DNA from: Anaeromyces robustus
Taxonomy: Eukaryota
Assembly (NCBI GenBank): GCA_002104895.1
Contig: MCFG01000012.1
Span: forward strand, 186,001-250,000
Direction: 5' to 3'
DNA length: 64,000 nt
Each line of letters begins with the position of its first letter. The stretch's first letter is position 1. Positions 1 through 22,600 of this stretch are shown piece after piece. The position numbers and the translations under genes are program-made. The notes beneath the pieces are model-generated. The model searched no databases. It was not told where the DNA came from and saw only the letters and a program-made list of their open reading frames with translations.

Positions 1-9
1 AAAATAGAA

Positions 10-322
<313 letters not shown>

Positions 323-328
323 TTTAAG

Positions 329-5885
<5,557 letters not shown>

Positions 5886-6857
5886 TAATATAAATACATA
5901 TATGTATATAATGATAAAAAATTAAAAAGCATATCTGTACAAAATTTATTGTTAATATTAATAATATATATGTATATAATTATATAAACTACATAAAAAA
6001 ATATAATAAATTATAATGTCTATTAAGAAATTCTGAATAAATTATAGTAATAAATATTTATTATTTTAATATTTAATATTTTAATATTTATTATTTTATT
6101 ATTTTATTATTTTATTATTTTATTTTATTTTATTTTCTTTTATTTTATTTTATTTATTTATTTAATTATTTATTATTATTATTTTTTCTTTTTAATTTTA
6201 GTTTATTTTATTATATTATTTATCACTACTTTCTATATAATACAAATATTTTATTTTTTTTGTTATATAAGTTATTTATTTTTTTCTAGATTATTGATTA
6301 TTATTTATTAATAGTTGAGTGTAATGTATAACATTTCTATTATCATTATATAAGATAGTAAGTAATCAATATATAAAGAGGCCATTTGTATTCATTGATT
6401 ATACGAGGATATCTAAAGGAAACTTAACATAATATCATTCTGAAATGAAATTTTGATGAAGTATACATTTGAATATTTTGAATTAAGTAAAATAAAATTT
6501 AATCTTAAGGTATCGACAGAAATCTTAAGTTTGCTATGAAGTTAACCTATTATTTTGGAAATAAAATTCTCAAATAATTCAGTGGTTATATTTAAGGTTT
6601 TTATATTTAAATAAATTAAAATTTATATAAAATACAAAACTATTACAAAACTTATTTTTGGGTATACTATTTGGAGGTATAATTAATATTGAGAATTGAA
6701 TTATAAATTTTAAAATTTATAAATATTATTGACCTTTCATTTGAAAAAGTATTAATTTTTATGGAAGGTATTATTAATGTAAAAATTAAATTTTAATAAT
6801 ATTTATTCTTTTAATTAAATTATTGAACTTTTTTAAAAGTACGTATTTTTTGAAATG

Positions 6858-7371
6858 TTAATTTTCTTTAATATCTGATGTAATCATAACTAAACTTATA
6901 AATACAAAAACTACTGACGCTCCAAGAATAATGCAAAATACTGTAATACCAAATGCCCATTGATAGTCTGGAAAAAATGACCTCATTATATTATCTTCAT
7001 CAACGAAAGGCTATTTTTATATTGATTAGTATAATTGGTATATAAAAAAATAAAAAAATAAAAAAAAAAAAAAAAAAAATTAAATTAAATGCATATTTAA
7101 AGAGAAAAAAGGCAATTATTTATATATATAAATAAATTTATTAATTATTTTATTATATTTATATTATAACAAATACCAAAATTATAATCCATAATGTATA
7201 ATAAATAAAGAAAATAATTGAACTTATTAAAAACAAGTAACCACCTGTTCTTGTTTCCTATTTTTTAATAATAATTAAATAAAATGTTATAGTTATTATC
7301 ACTACTTTATTGATGATATTTTTTTATATATTTTTATTTATTAAATACTTTTTTTATTGAATATATACCAT
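6858..7371 (-). CDS. DPM2: Dolichol-phosphate mannosyltransferase regulatory subunit 2
   Basis: Exons: ATG only (7369-7371), ~7177-7257, 6858-7010. Translation METRTGGYLFLISSIIFFIYYTLWIIIL|PFVDEDNIMRSFFPDYQWAFGITVFCIILGASVVFVFISLVMITSDIKEN has the DPM2 signature YYTxWxxxLPF.D......FF and two hydrophobic helices. Missed by the ORF track. Confidence 0.85.
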
Positions 7372-8604
7372 TTTTATTATCCTTTACTTTTATTTATTAA
7401 TATATACACTTTTAACTATTATAATAGCTTATTTTATGACATTTAATATTTATTATCATATTTAATAAAATTATTTTATTAAATATTATTTTTTATTAAA
7501 CCAAAAAAAATTTTTTTATCATATTAATATTATTAATTAATGTACAATAATGTAAAACAACTCATTAAAAATTTTATTTATTTATTTATTTATTTATTAG
7601 CTATATGATTAAACTTTATTAAATGAAATAAATATTGAATATCAAACATGTAAATATTTCTATTAACAAACAAACAAACAAACAAACAAACAAACAAACA
7701 AACAAACAAACAAGCAAATAATAAAAAAAAAAAAAAAAAAAAAAGAATAATTTTTTCATATTTATATTTTAGTCATTGGTTTCTAATTTTTTATATATGT
7801 ATAATTGATTAATATACAAATTCTTTTTATAACTTAATATATTATATTTTATTGTTTCGATACTATCAATTATTTATTTTTTCCATATCAATAGCTTGAT
7901 TATTTATTTAATAATAAATGAATGAATTAAATTTTATTAATATTATTCATTAAGTAGTAAAGTATATAAGAGGTTATTATTATGTCGGAGATGGGCAAAG
8001 CCTACTCCAATCGAATTCAGTATTTTTCCGAGGAACTATGAAAAATTAATAATATAGTATCACTTTGTAATAAAGAATATTAATATTATTATAATGGTTA
8101 TATTTAGTGTTCTTTTACTATATAACATATACTACTGCTTTAAAGAAAAAACTTTTTTAATGAATTCTGCGGGGTTGGTTTTACAATTATAATTAACTTT
8201 GAATTTAATTTATTCTTATATAATAGATTTATATGAGGTCTTTGTTTCATTTTTTTAAATTAATGTTTTCATAAAATACAAATTTTATTTGGATTATTAT
8301 TAGAATATTTAATATTGAGCATTCAATTTTAGTTACACATTTCAAATAGTTTTATAATTTTTTTTACAATAAATTATTTTCATTTTATTAAGAAGGATTA
8401 ATTATTCTATTGGATTTTAATTATAATTTCAACCTAATATTATTTCAATTAAAAATAATATATTGTATATTATTAAATAATACAATAATGATTAAATAAA
8501 GATAATTTTTAGAGGATTGAATATTGAATATTTATAGATATCTATTATTTTAAATAAAAGTTAATTTAATGAATATAATAGATTTTTTTTTAATATTTGA
8601 ACTT

Positions 8605-9102
8605 TTATATAAATTTTTTGAAATATCGATTTTTTTCTTTAATATTTGATGGAACAATGACTAAAGTTATAAATACAAAAAAAAAAGTCACTGTAAGAAT
8701 AATGCAAAATATAGTAATACTAATTGCCCATCTCCAAGCTAACAAAATGTTTTCATGATATTATTACTATCATCGTAAGGACTATCAACAATAAAAGAAA
8801 ACTAATCCAATGTATTATCAATAAGTCAAAAATATTTGTGAACAGTAAAAAAGGCAACAAAAAGAAGTAATCAATTAATAATTTGTAATTTTCAATAAAT
8901 GTTATATATATATATATATATATATATTTATTTATTTTGTTACAATAACAAAACTATAATCCATAACATAAATATATATAGAATTGAACTTATTAAATAA
9001 CCATTTGTTCTTGTTTCCTTTTTAATAATCTTAATAATTATATTTATTTATTTATTTATATATTTTTGTATTAATATTATTCTTATTTAAAAAAAATACC
9101 AT
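8605..9102 (-). pseudogene. DPM2: Tandem duplicate of DPM2 with a 1-nt frameshift
   Basis: Same ATG|GT first exon (9100-9102), then ETRTNGYLISSILYIFMLWIIVL and PYDDSNNIMKTF. A 1-nt loss near 8744 gives a premature TAG at 8739-8741; the shifted frame continues WRWAISITIFCIILTVTFFFVFITLVIVPSNIKEK. Confidence 0.75.
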
Positions 9103-9581
9103 TTTTTTATTCTTGTTTTCTTTAAGTTTCATTTATTAAAATATATATGAAATCTTTTTAACCATTATATAATATTATTTGCTATTAGCAGTATTATTTA
9201 TTATTATCTTAGTTAATTAACCATATATTATATAATTTATATACTTTTAAATTAATACAATTTTGCAAATTATAAAATATTAAAGATGTAAAAATTAAAG
9301 AATATAAAAATTAAATAATATTACGAAACATCTATTGAAATATGGAAAAAATTGATGAAATTTGAAATAATTAAAAATCATGTAACATAAATATAATAAT
9401 TATATTTACAAATCTTTTACAATATATATTATTGATTGGATTGTAAATCCGATGTACATTTACAAAAATTGTAATTGTAGATTGATATAAATTAATAATT
9501 AAAAAAATTATGTATATATATAGATATAAATTATTTAATTATTATTTTTTTTAATTTCTTTATATTATTTAAAAAATAATA

Positions 9582-11825
<2,244 letters not shown>

Positions 11826-11964
11826 AAAGTATATTTTTGATAAGACTGAATATGTATTTAATAGAATCAAATTTAAGTATAATGCAGAATTAGTATTTTA
11901 TTTTAAATTTTGAGCTAATCTAAATTAAACAAAAATAAAATAAAATTAATTTTATCTCATCTCA

Positions 11965-12001
<37 letters not shown>

Positions 12002-12454
12002 AAAATATTTATTTAAAACTTAAATAAAATTAATGATATTTATTTAATTATAGATAATTTACATTGTAAATTGACTTATTAATTAATATCATTTATATCA
12101 TATATATATTATTTTTGTATGTATATATCTTAAGCAAACAAATTTTAAGTAAATAATTGCAATTATAATAAGTAAAAAGTTTTTTTCAATATAAAATAAA
12201 AAACAAAACAAAATTTCAGAATAATAATAAAAAAAAAAAAAAAAAATAAAAAATAAAAAATAAAAAATAAAAATACATAATAATCAAACATATACAAAAT
12301 AAAAAATGTTTTTGGAAATTGTAAATTATGAATTAGTTATTATATATATGTTATGGATGCTGTTAATTGTAAATGACTTATTTATATAAATTTATTTAAT
12401 TTTATAATTATTTTAAATATTTAAATTTATTTACTGAGCAAGAATTATATATTA

Positions 12455-12555
12455 TGTTTTTGTTTTTAAATAATATATTAGTTATAAACATAATATTTGA
12501 GAGATGTTTTTGTTTTTAAATAATATATTTGCTATAAACATAATATTTGAGAGAT
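12455..12555. repeat. Two tandem copies of a ~50-bp unit
   Basis: TGTTTTTGTTTTTAAATAATATATT(A/T)G(T/C)TATAAACATAATATTTGAGAGA repeated twice. Confidence 0.85.
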
Positions 12556-12699
12556 ATTTAGTAGAAGAAAATTATATATGATGATATTTAGTAGAACAAA
12601 AACCAAATTGATAAAGTTAAATATTATGTTTTTATCAAATATATTATTTAAAACCATGAGTTAAAATACTCAAGCTCAAGTTTTAATTATTCTCTTGTT

Positions 12700-12773
12700 A
12701 ATTCGCGGAAGAATAAATAGAGCTTTAATTGAATATTTCTTAACATTTTGAATATTTTTTAACATTTTATTCC

Positions 12774-12806
<33 letters not shown>

Positions 12807-12948
12807 ATATATTCGCTTTGGATCTAATCTTGGAAAGTTTTTTTTTTTTTTTTTTTTAGATTTAATTCTACTTACTTTAGTATATGAATATTTTCTCTCA
12901 TGTATTTTAATATTTAAATTCAATAAAGTTGACGTACAAATTGTGTGC

Positions 12949-12993
<45 letters not shown>

Positions 12994-13673
12994 ATATTTT
13001 CTCATTTTTTGAATTATATTAATTAGTTTAGAAAAAATACAGTTAGAACTCGCCCATCTTTTAAAGTATTTTACTTGTAAAACGTACACATTTAGCAGAT
13101 AACAGATGAATGACTCTAGAGAAATAATATAATAATATAAATGAAGTCCATTTATTAAGTCCATCAATCCGAAATGGACCTTTGTTAATAAGTTATGAGT
13201 TTCTAAGTTTTTACTATTGGAATTTAATAAAAGTGAAAGAGAGTTAATATAAAATTAAAAAGGGAATGTCCGAAATTAATAAGAAATGAAAAAAAAATTT
13301 TTTTTAAAAAAACCTTTGCTAATAAAAATTAAAAAAAAAATTTTTTTTCTGTTAGATTAATAATAATTATAACAACTTTTTAGAGATAGCTTTATCAACC
13401 ATAGTAATACATTTCAAAATACCAAATACAATTTACTGGTCCAACCATTAACAATACTTAAAGATTTATTCAATTTTCCATTAGTAGGGGCACATAAAAC
13501 ATCATCATCAGCAAAAAGACTTCCATAACAATAATCGTCATCGACTCGAACTTCTTATTCGTTATAATTTTTAAATATATCATAATAAGATTAAATAAAA
13601 TAAGAAAAGGAAGGCAATTTTTTCTAACACCTTTTTCAATACTGAAAGAATCAGAATATTGATATTTTTCCAT
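12700..13673 (-). mobile_element. Decayed non-LTR (LINE-type) retrotransposon, reverse-transcriptase region
   Basis: Across frameshifts the minus strand reads SDSFSIEKGVRKNCLPFLILFNL (cf. GVRQGCPLSPILFN), YCYGSLFADDDVLCAPT (FADD catalytic motif), GILKCITMV (cf. INKC) and further on KYFKRWASSNCIFSKLINIIQKMRKYS. Interrupted by A/T homopolymers; the left boundary is approximate. Confidence 0.8.
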
Positions 13674-13970
13674 TTAGAAAAAAAAAAATACTAAAAAAAA
13701 ATCATCTAAAGTTAGATATTAATAAAGTTTTATTATATAATAATGATAATAATAATAATCGTCATTATAATTGTAGTAAATAACTATTATAATAAATAAA
13801 TAAATAAATAAATGAATAAATAAATAAATAAATAAATAATGAATAAATAAATAAATGAATAAATAAATAAATGAATAAATAAATAAAATAATAATAATAA
13901 TAATCTAAATAATATAAGTAATAAGTAATAAGTAATAAGTAATAAGTAATAATAATAATAATAATAATAA

Positions 13971-14044
<74 letters not shown>

Positions 14045-14397
14045 TATTATTATTATTATTTAAATTTTTAATTTTTTTTTTATTAATTTTTATAATTTTT
14101 TTTATTAATTTTATAGTTTTTTTTTTATTAATTTAATTAGTTTTTTTATCAATTACTAATTTTTTTTTTTTTATTATTTATATTTGTTATTAATAATTAT
14201 TAGTTGAATTTTATTCATTTTGCTATTTATATTCATATTCTTTTATTTATATAATTTTTATTATTATTAAATTTTTTATTTTATTTTTTTTTTTTATTTA
14301 TTCTTATTTTTTTATTTTTTTATTATTTATTTTTTTTTTCTTTATTTTTATATTTTGTAATTTATATTTTATATTTTTTACTTTTTTTTTTCTTTCT

Positions 14398-14437
<40 letters not shown>

Positions 14438-14580
14438 TTTTAATTTTTTAATTTTAATTTTTTTTTATTAATTTATTTATTTATTAATGCTATTATTATC
14501 AACTAGTTATATATAGTATTTAAAATAATTTTAATTTTTAATATTTCTATATTATAATTTATTATTTAATATATAAATGA

Positions 14581-15825
14581 TTACATTATTATGTAATTAT
14601 CTGGCATTAATCTAGTTTCATGTGAGTAATTTACAGAAGATCCATTTTCAACGAGTTGAATATCAGCAATCTTAATATTAAAATTATATATTCATATAAA
14701 TATTTTAGTTATTGAAAAAAAAATTTTTTTTATTTATAAATAATATCATATTGTTATTTATATTATTATAATAAAATTTAATTATTATATACATTTAAAT
14801 ATAAATTTATAAATTTATACTTACATTTATATTAGAGAAGGATTGAGAAGATGTGAAATTAACACGAACTGGGAAGAATGAATTAGTATCATTTCCTTGA
14901 ACATTGAATTCCATACTACCTGAACGATTATCAGCATCAATAATTGGAATTTGCCATTCAACATAACGATTTTGGTGATTGATATTGTAAGAACCATCAA
15001 CTTCACCAACAGTTGGATTACCCATACCACTATAATATTAATAGTAATATAAAAAAATTTATTTTTTTTTTAAGTTATACACTTTTTTTTTGTAATAACA
15101 AAATAAAAATTAAATATTTAAATATGTTTAAAATGATAAATATTTACGGATAAGGAATAATAATTGAAACATTGTTAAGAGTAATGTTTGGTACTTCAAG
15201 TTCATATTCAATATTAACATCACAGGTACCATTAGCGGCAAGAGATGGCCAACAGTTGACTAATTGTTTTCAATAAAAAATTACATTGATAAATTAATAC
15301 TACTACTAAAATAATCATAATAAATTATCATTTCTAAAAATATATATAAAGTAATTAAAATATATTTACTTGAAAGTGGAATGAAACTTTCATCTCTAGT
15401 AGCAAATCTCCATTTCAATATACCTAATGGAGTACCAACTGGGAATGGTTTTGATGGATCCTTTAAAGCAATAACACTACCAGAATTGAATAATTTTTTA
15501 TCAACTTGTGGATGAGTTTTAAATTGGAAGTTTCTATTAAATGAATTATCTAACTGTATTCTTAAGCGAGTACTATTTGGATCAGTAATTCTCAATATCA
15601 TATCACCCTTAATTTCTAAGTTTTCTAAGCCACCATCATGTGTAGCAGCTAAACTAATCTTTTCTGAAATAATAGCATGGACACTAATAATAAATAATAA
15701 TAAATAATAATAATAATATATATTTTCCCATTATATTAATAATAATAATAATAATAATTATAATAATAATAACAATAATAATAAAATATTGATATTTAGT
15801 AAATTAAAATATTATTAAATTTATA

Positions 15826-15860
<35 letters not shown>

Positions 15861-15897
15861 ATTAATGAATAAATAAATAAATAAATGAATGAATGAA

Positions 15898-15961
<64 letters not shown>

Positions 15962-17617
15962 AAAACAAACAAATAAACAAATAAATAAATATTAATACTA
16001 CTAATAATAATATTAATAATGATAATTACGGTTCAGTTGGGGTAGGTGGTTCGTTAGGAGAATTGGCTGCCATTTGATCTGCCATAACTTGGTTGTTAAC
16101 TTCCTCTTGCATTTGGGAAACTAAATCATTAACATTATTATTATTTTTATGTCCTAATTGCATACCTTTTCCACGGAATGGTTGATTTTGTTGTTGGCTT
16201 TATAATAATAATAAATAAATAAATATATTTTAATATTAATTATTCATATATATTATAAATTAAATAATTAAATTATTTATATTATAATATATCATAATGC
16301 ATACTTATTATTGAATCTATTATCAGAATTATAATCATTTTGGTTATAATTGGAATTATTTCCGAAACCACCATTGTTACCATAGTTATTGTTACCGTAG
16401 TTATTATTATTGTAGTTATTACCATATCCACTATTACCAAATCCACTATTGCTACCGTATCCACTATTACTACCATATCCACTATTACCATATCCACTAT
16501 TACTACCATATCCCATACTGTTGCCATAACCCATTCCTCCTGCAGCCATCTTCTTTTGCATTTCTTTTCTTTGTAATTCCAAAGACTTAGCCTTTCTGTT
16601 AAGTAATTCTTTAGCTTCTTTTTCTTTATTCTAATATTTAATAATTGTATTAAATAATAATGATAAATATGAATATGTAATTATAAATGATAAATTAATT
16701 ATAAAGAAAAAAAAATTTAGAAAAATTTATAATATATTAATAGATAATAATTAATTATAATTATATATTACATTAAAATTATTTCAATACAAACAAAAAA
16801 TATTCTATAAATTTACCTTTTCAATTTCGGCAGCCAATTTTTCTTCATGACTTTCCATTTCGTAAATTGTTCTAAGTTGTTGAAGACTTACATATTCTCT
16901 GTAACCAAGATTGACAATTTCATCAAATACACTTGAAAGTTCAAAAGCCATTTCTTCAATTTCATGAGTATTAATAGTATGACAGTAATCTGAAATAGCT
17001 CTAACAAAAAGATTTAAAGTTTCTATATCTTGAAGAATATTTGAATTTTTATTTGTAATTAATACCATAAAAAGTTCTTCCAATGGTTGATAAACATAAC
17101 GAACTGAATCTGTTTCGACAAAAGTGTGTTGTTCATTGTTATCGATTAATTTTGGGAAAGAAGCTAATAAACCTTCAATTCTTGAGCGAGAAATGTCCAT
17201 AAATTGACGTGAAAGAATAGCTGTTTTATTATGAGTATAAATATATATAAATATATATATATATTTTTTTTAAAAAAATAATATAAATATTAGATTAATT
17301 TTATATTGATTATGTATTAGATGGATATTATCTTTTTTTCCAATTAATATAAAACTATATTATATAATTGAATAATTCATATTTATATGATTATATTTAT
17401 TTTAATTATTCCATTTTTGATTTATTTATTCAATTCAAGATTTATTGATGTAAAAAAATGTATATAATCTAATTTATATATTATATATATAAATTTTACT
17501 ATATAATTTATTATGTTATTACTAATAAAGAAAGAAACAAAAATTTTCTTTCTTAATTCTTATTATATTGTTTCTATTTTGCTTTTATCCCTTTTTTTAT
17601 CTTTATTTTTATTACTA

Positions 17618-17650
<33 letters not shown>

Positions 17651-18101
17651 GGTTATATTTGTTTTATTTTGATTTTATAGTCGATTAATAAGTTCAATCA
17701 ATAATATTATTTTATCTTCTTTCAATTCATTTGATGTTTTTTTTTTTTTTTTTAAAAAAAATTTCACATATATTGAATATTTAGAATTACCCTTTCCAGT
17801 TTTTGTACAAACTGAAGCAGATATAACGACCTTTAAAAAAAAAAAAAGATAAATTTATATTAAAAATATATATATTAAAAAAAAGTAATTATTTCCATTA
17901 TTTAAAATTATTTATCATAAATATAATAATATAATTAATAATAATATTTATTTAAATCATTTGTTAATATAATATTATTTAAAATAGAAATGATTAATAA
18001 TAATAATAATAATAACAATAATAATAACAACAATAATAAAATAACAATAAAACAAAATAATAATTATAATGTATAATTTATTATAAATGTTTATTTACCA
18101 T
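14581..18101 (-). CDS. RET2: Coatomer subunit delta (delta-COP)
   Basis: ATG-only exon (18099-18101), then VVISASVCTKTGK (17791-17830) and AILSRQFMDISRSRIEGLLASFPKL...VETDSVRYVYQPLE...SNILQDIETL. C-terminal mu-homology domain (FKTHPQVDKKLF, GILKWR, NCWPS, SGSMEF, FFPVRVNF); stop at 14581-14583. Confidence 0.96.
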
Positions 18102-18396
18102 TTTGTAATAAATATATCTTTTCTCTATATAGAAATATTATAAATATTAAAATATATTTGAAAATTTATCTTTTTAAATTTTTGTCTTTAATTTTTAATA
18201 TTGTTTATTTATATAGATAGAACTTTTTATATTAATTATATAAATTATCTATATAAAATAAATGTCTTTACTCTATTAAAAAAAAAAAAAGAACTTTCAA
18301 TATTAAAAATTTAGAAATCAAAAAAAATTTTTTATTAATAGGTATGAATTTAGTATATAAGAAATTAAGGTTATAATATTAAAATCAATTTATTCT

Positions 18397-18439
<43 letters not shown>

Positions 18440-18730
18440 TTCATTCATTCATTCATTTATTTATTTATTTATTTATTTATTTATTTTTTATAATAATAAT
18501 TAGATGTAAAATACATTTACATTTTAATACATTATAAAAATAATGTATCATTCCCTAATAAAAAGTATTTACGTAAATAAACTTTATTTATGAAATTATT
18601 ATTATAAATTTAATAATAAATAATAATATATTATTTTTTTTCAGATATTTTTATATAAATATTAATTATTATTATCATTATAGATAAAGTATATACTATT
18701 GAATGAAATATATCATTCTTTTTATTTTTT

Positions 18731-18881
18731 TAAATTAAAGAATTATTATTATATAGTATAGTTTTTTTCTAAATTAAAGAATTATTATTATATAGTATAG
18801 TTTTTTTCTAAAATAAAGAATTATTATTATATAATATAGTTTTTTTCTAAAATAAAGAATTATCATTATATAGTATAGTTT
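18731..18881. repeat. 39-bp minisatellite, about 4 copies, in the delta-COP/CLU1 divergent intergenic region
   Basis: Unit TAAA(T/A)TAAAGAATTATTATTATATAGTATAGTTTTTTTC. Confidence 0.9.
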
Positions 18882-19573
18882 ATTTTTATTATTTTATTAA
18901 TTAAATCAGTAATATAGTTTAACATAAATTATTTATATTTAATAATATTTATTTTAGTCTAATTTTTATTTTTTGTTATAATTTAGTATTAACCATTATA
19001 AAGTAGTTTTAACAAAAAATAAAAATCATAACAATTAATATTTATTAATATTAATTGTTGTAGTACAATTCTGTAAATTTTAAATTTTAATATTAATTAT
19101 TTAATATATAAATATTAAATAATTATCTTATTATATTAATACTAATATATCCGTATGATTAAAAATTATGATTGGTAGATTGTATTTTTGTATGAATGAT
19201 GAATGTTAATAATATAAAAAAAAATTACCATGAATGCTGGCAATAAAAATAATGGAATAATTGAAATTCATAATATTAAAAAATTATAAAATAAATTACT
19301 TATATTTTATTTTTAATTATAAAAAAAGCCTAAAAATTATTTTTTAATATATTGTTGAAATAAAAAAAGGATATTATATATATATATAATGTTTTTTTTT
19401 TTTTTGTGTGTTTAAAATTTTAGTAATACATTATTACTATAATTTTATATTATAGTTTACGTAAACTATATTTTAATTTATGACCTATCCTTTTTTAAAT
19501 TTTTTTTTTACTACATTTAATTTTATTTATATATTATATATTATTAATATATATTAAATAAATGGATTTTATA

Positions 19574-19609
<36 letters not shown>

Positions 19610-19682
19610 TTTTTTGAATTATTATTTTATCTATTTTTTTTTTATTTTAATATTTTCAACATTTCTTTTTATGAATAAAAAA

Positions 19683-22600
19683 ATGGATAATGAAAATAAT
19701 ATTGAAATACCAAAAGAATCGCAACCAATCCAAAAAGGTTAATATATATGATTAGTATATATTGATTAAAATAAATTAAAAAAAATTTTATTAATATTAT
19801 TATTTTAATGAAAATAGTAAATGAAGAAACTGAGGTAGTTGAAGTTGCACAAGATAAATTATATGAAGTTGAAATATTATTACCAGCTAACCAAGGCTCA
19901 TTTAAGGTTCCTGTAAGTATATAATTTAATAAAAAAATCTCAATATAATAATTTGGCATATTAAGATAAATATGATTAATATATATAATTCTTTTTTATT
20001 ATTTATATTGTATATTTTCTCTTAAAAATATATAAAAAGGTATCAAGTCGTATAACTATAAATGAAATAAAACAATATATTTGGGATGCTCCGGAAGCAA
20101 AATTTTACACTTGTTTTAATTTATACTTAAACGGTGAAAAGTTAAATAATTCTTCAAATATTGAAAATGATGTACAATTATCTTTAGTACCAGGTTAATA
20201 TATTTTATTAAGTAAAAACATTTTATTTTAATAATTCATATGTTAAATTAATTAATCATATTTTGTTTTATTATATAAAGATCGTTACACCGAAAAAGAT
20301 GTTCGTTTCCATTTAATAAAGATGCTTGAAGTTTTAAAAGCTTATAAAAATGACATGTCTTTTGGTTTAATGCCATCACAAACATTTTTTTCTTCAATTA
20401 TGGATAATAGTATTGGTAATATAAGAATAAGTATTATAAATAAATTTAATTTAATTTAATTTAATTTAATTTAATTTAATTTAATTTAATTTAATTTAAT
20501 TTAATTTAATTTAATTTAATTTAATTTAATTTAATTTAATTTAATTTAATTTAATTTAATTTAATTTAATTTAATTTTTTAATTAAATTATTATATATAT
20601 AAAATTTTACATTTTATAGAAGAAGAAAAAGAAGAAGATTCTGATAAAGAAAGAGATAAAGATAAAAAGAAGACAAGCAATAATTCCAAAAAAGGTATAT
20701 ATTATTAATATTTTTATAATATATAATGAAATAAATATAAATTAATTCAATTAGAAATGTTAATTTCAATTCTATTATATTTTTATTAAAAAAATATATA
20801 TTTATTTTATTTTATTTCTTAAATAAGGCAAAAAAAATAAAAAAGTTAAAAAATCAAAAAATGTTAATTCTAATAAATCAGTTGAAGATGAATACTCTTC
20901 AATTTTAAATGATGCTGTTGATGAAATTCCAAAATTATCTGAATTCTTACCAAAAAATTATAGCGATTCAACTATCAAATGTTATTCATTATTAACCTTA
21001 TCATCATGGAATCCAGTCTTAAATACTAGAAAAATTAATGGTACATATATTAATATAGTATTTTTTTATAATAATTGTATTATATTCGATGATATAATTA
21101 AATTATATAATAATTATAAATTTTAGGTGATTTATTATATTTAAAGGTTATAACATTGGAAAATAAATCATATCATATAACTGCTTCAGTAAATGGTTTC
21201 TTTATTAATAGATCAACAGATATTCAATTTAATCCTTTAATTGTACACGATGGTAGAAAATTTGATACATTGTCAGCTCTTCTTTGTAATATCAGTCAGT
21301 TATATAAAATAAATTTAGAAAAACATTTAGAGAATTTAAAAGATAAACTTATGTATGAATATGTTCCTGTTTATCCAGAAATATATCCATGGATTGTTAA
21401 ATCTAGCATGATTGAACCAAGTCAAAACTTATTAGAAAATGTTTTAACTAATTCTAATACTCTTGAAACTTATGGTGTTCGTAATTGGAATGAAGAATTT
21501 AAAGCTGTAAGATCAATGCCTAAAAATGAAGTTCAAGAAATTTTAGTACGCGATCAAAGTTTTAATCGTGTTCAGATTGATTTTGTTGCAGCAGCAACAA
21601 AAGGTGCTGTTGATGCTGTTAATGGTAATCTTATTTCTTTAAATCAAGGTGAATCGATCATCGATGAAAATGGAAAAGAATCAAAAATTAAAATATTCAT
21701 TCATAATGGTATTTTCTATACTTGTGGCTATGATGAATTTGAACTTTTTGAATCTTTAGGTGGAAGTGAAGCTGCTCATGTAGCTATTGGTAAAGATATT
21801 GAAGGTATTAATATTATAAATAATGCTGATATTGAAGGAATTTCTTCTTTAAGTACAATTGCTGTTGATTATCTTGGTCATAGAGTTGTTGCACAAGTTG
21901 TTGCACCAGAAATTATTAATAAAACTAAGGATACTTCCATCATTTATGGTTCATCTGATCATGGAAAAACTATTTTATATAATGATAATGTTCATGAAAA
22001 ATTAAAGAAAGCTGCCAAAGTATTACATTTAGAAGAACATGAAGTTGTTGATGAAAAAAATGAAAAACACTCTTTAGTAACATCAATGGATATAAAGGTA
22101 ATAATATATATATATATATTTATATATTATTTTTCATTATTTTTTCATTATTAATAAAAGTTTTAAATATATCTATATATTTTATAAATTAATTTTTATA
22201 TTAATTTTTATATTATTAATATATGAATTTTAATAATAGGCCATTAATTGTGGTGACGATGACTATTATTTATTAGATTTATATAGATTAACACCTGTTG
22301 ATATTGAATTTTTAGAAGAAGTTGAAAAAGAAAAAGAAAATCCATATCCACATAGATTAACTTTAATTAGAAATGAATTAATTACTTTATATATACAACA
22401 TAAATTCAATGAATATCTTTCTAAACTTAATGAAAGTGTAAGTTATATTCATTTCAAATATTATATATATTATTTTATTTATTTTCTAAATATTTTATTA
22501 TATAATTTTTTTTATAATAATTTAATAATAGGCCCCAAAGAAAGAAGATGGAAAAGAAATTAGTGAGGAGGAATTAGAAAGACAAAGGATTTCACAAGAA

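Noticed and set aside
6360..6600. Mildly GC-richer stretch with TGATGA
   Set aside because: No matching box D, terminal stem or credible reading frame.
13470..13515. Hammerhead-like CUGAUGA...GAAA on the minus strand
   Set aside because: No supporting stems; the sequence is the FADDD codons of the LINE RT.
18731..18881. CRISPR-like array
   Set aside because: Contiguous tandem units without unique spacers, in a eukaryotic context with no cas genes.
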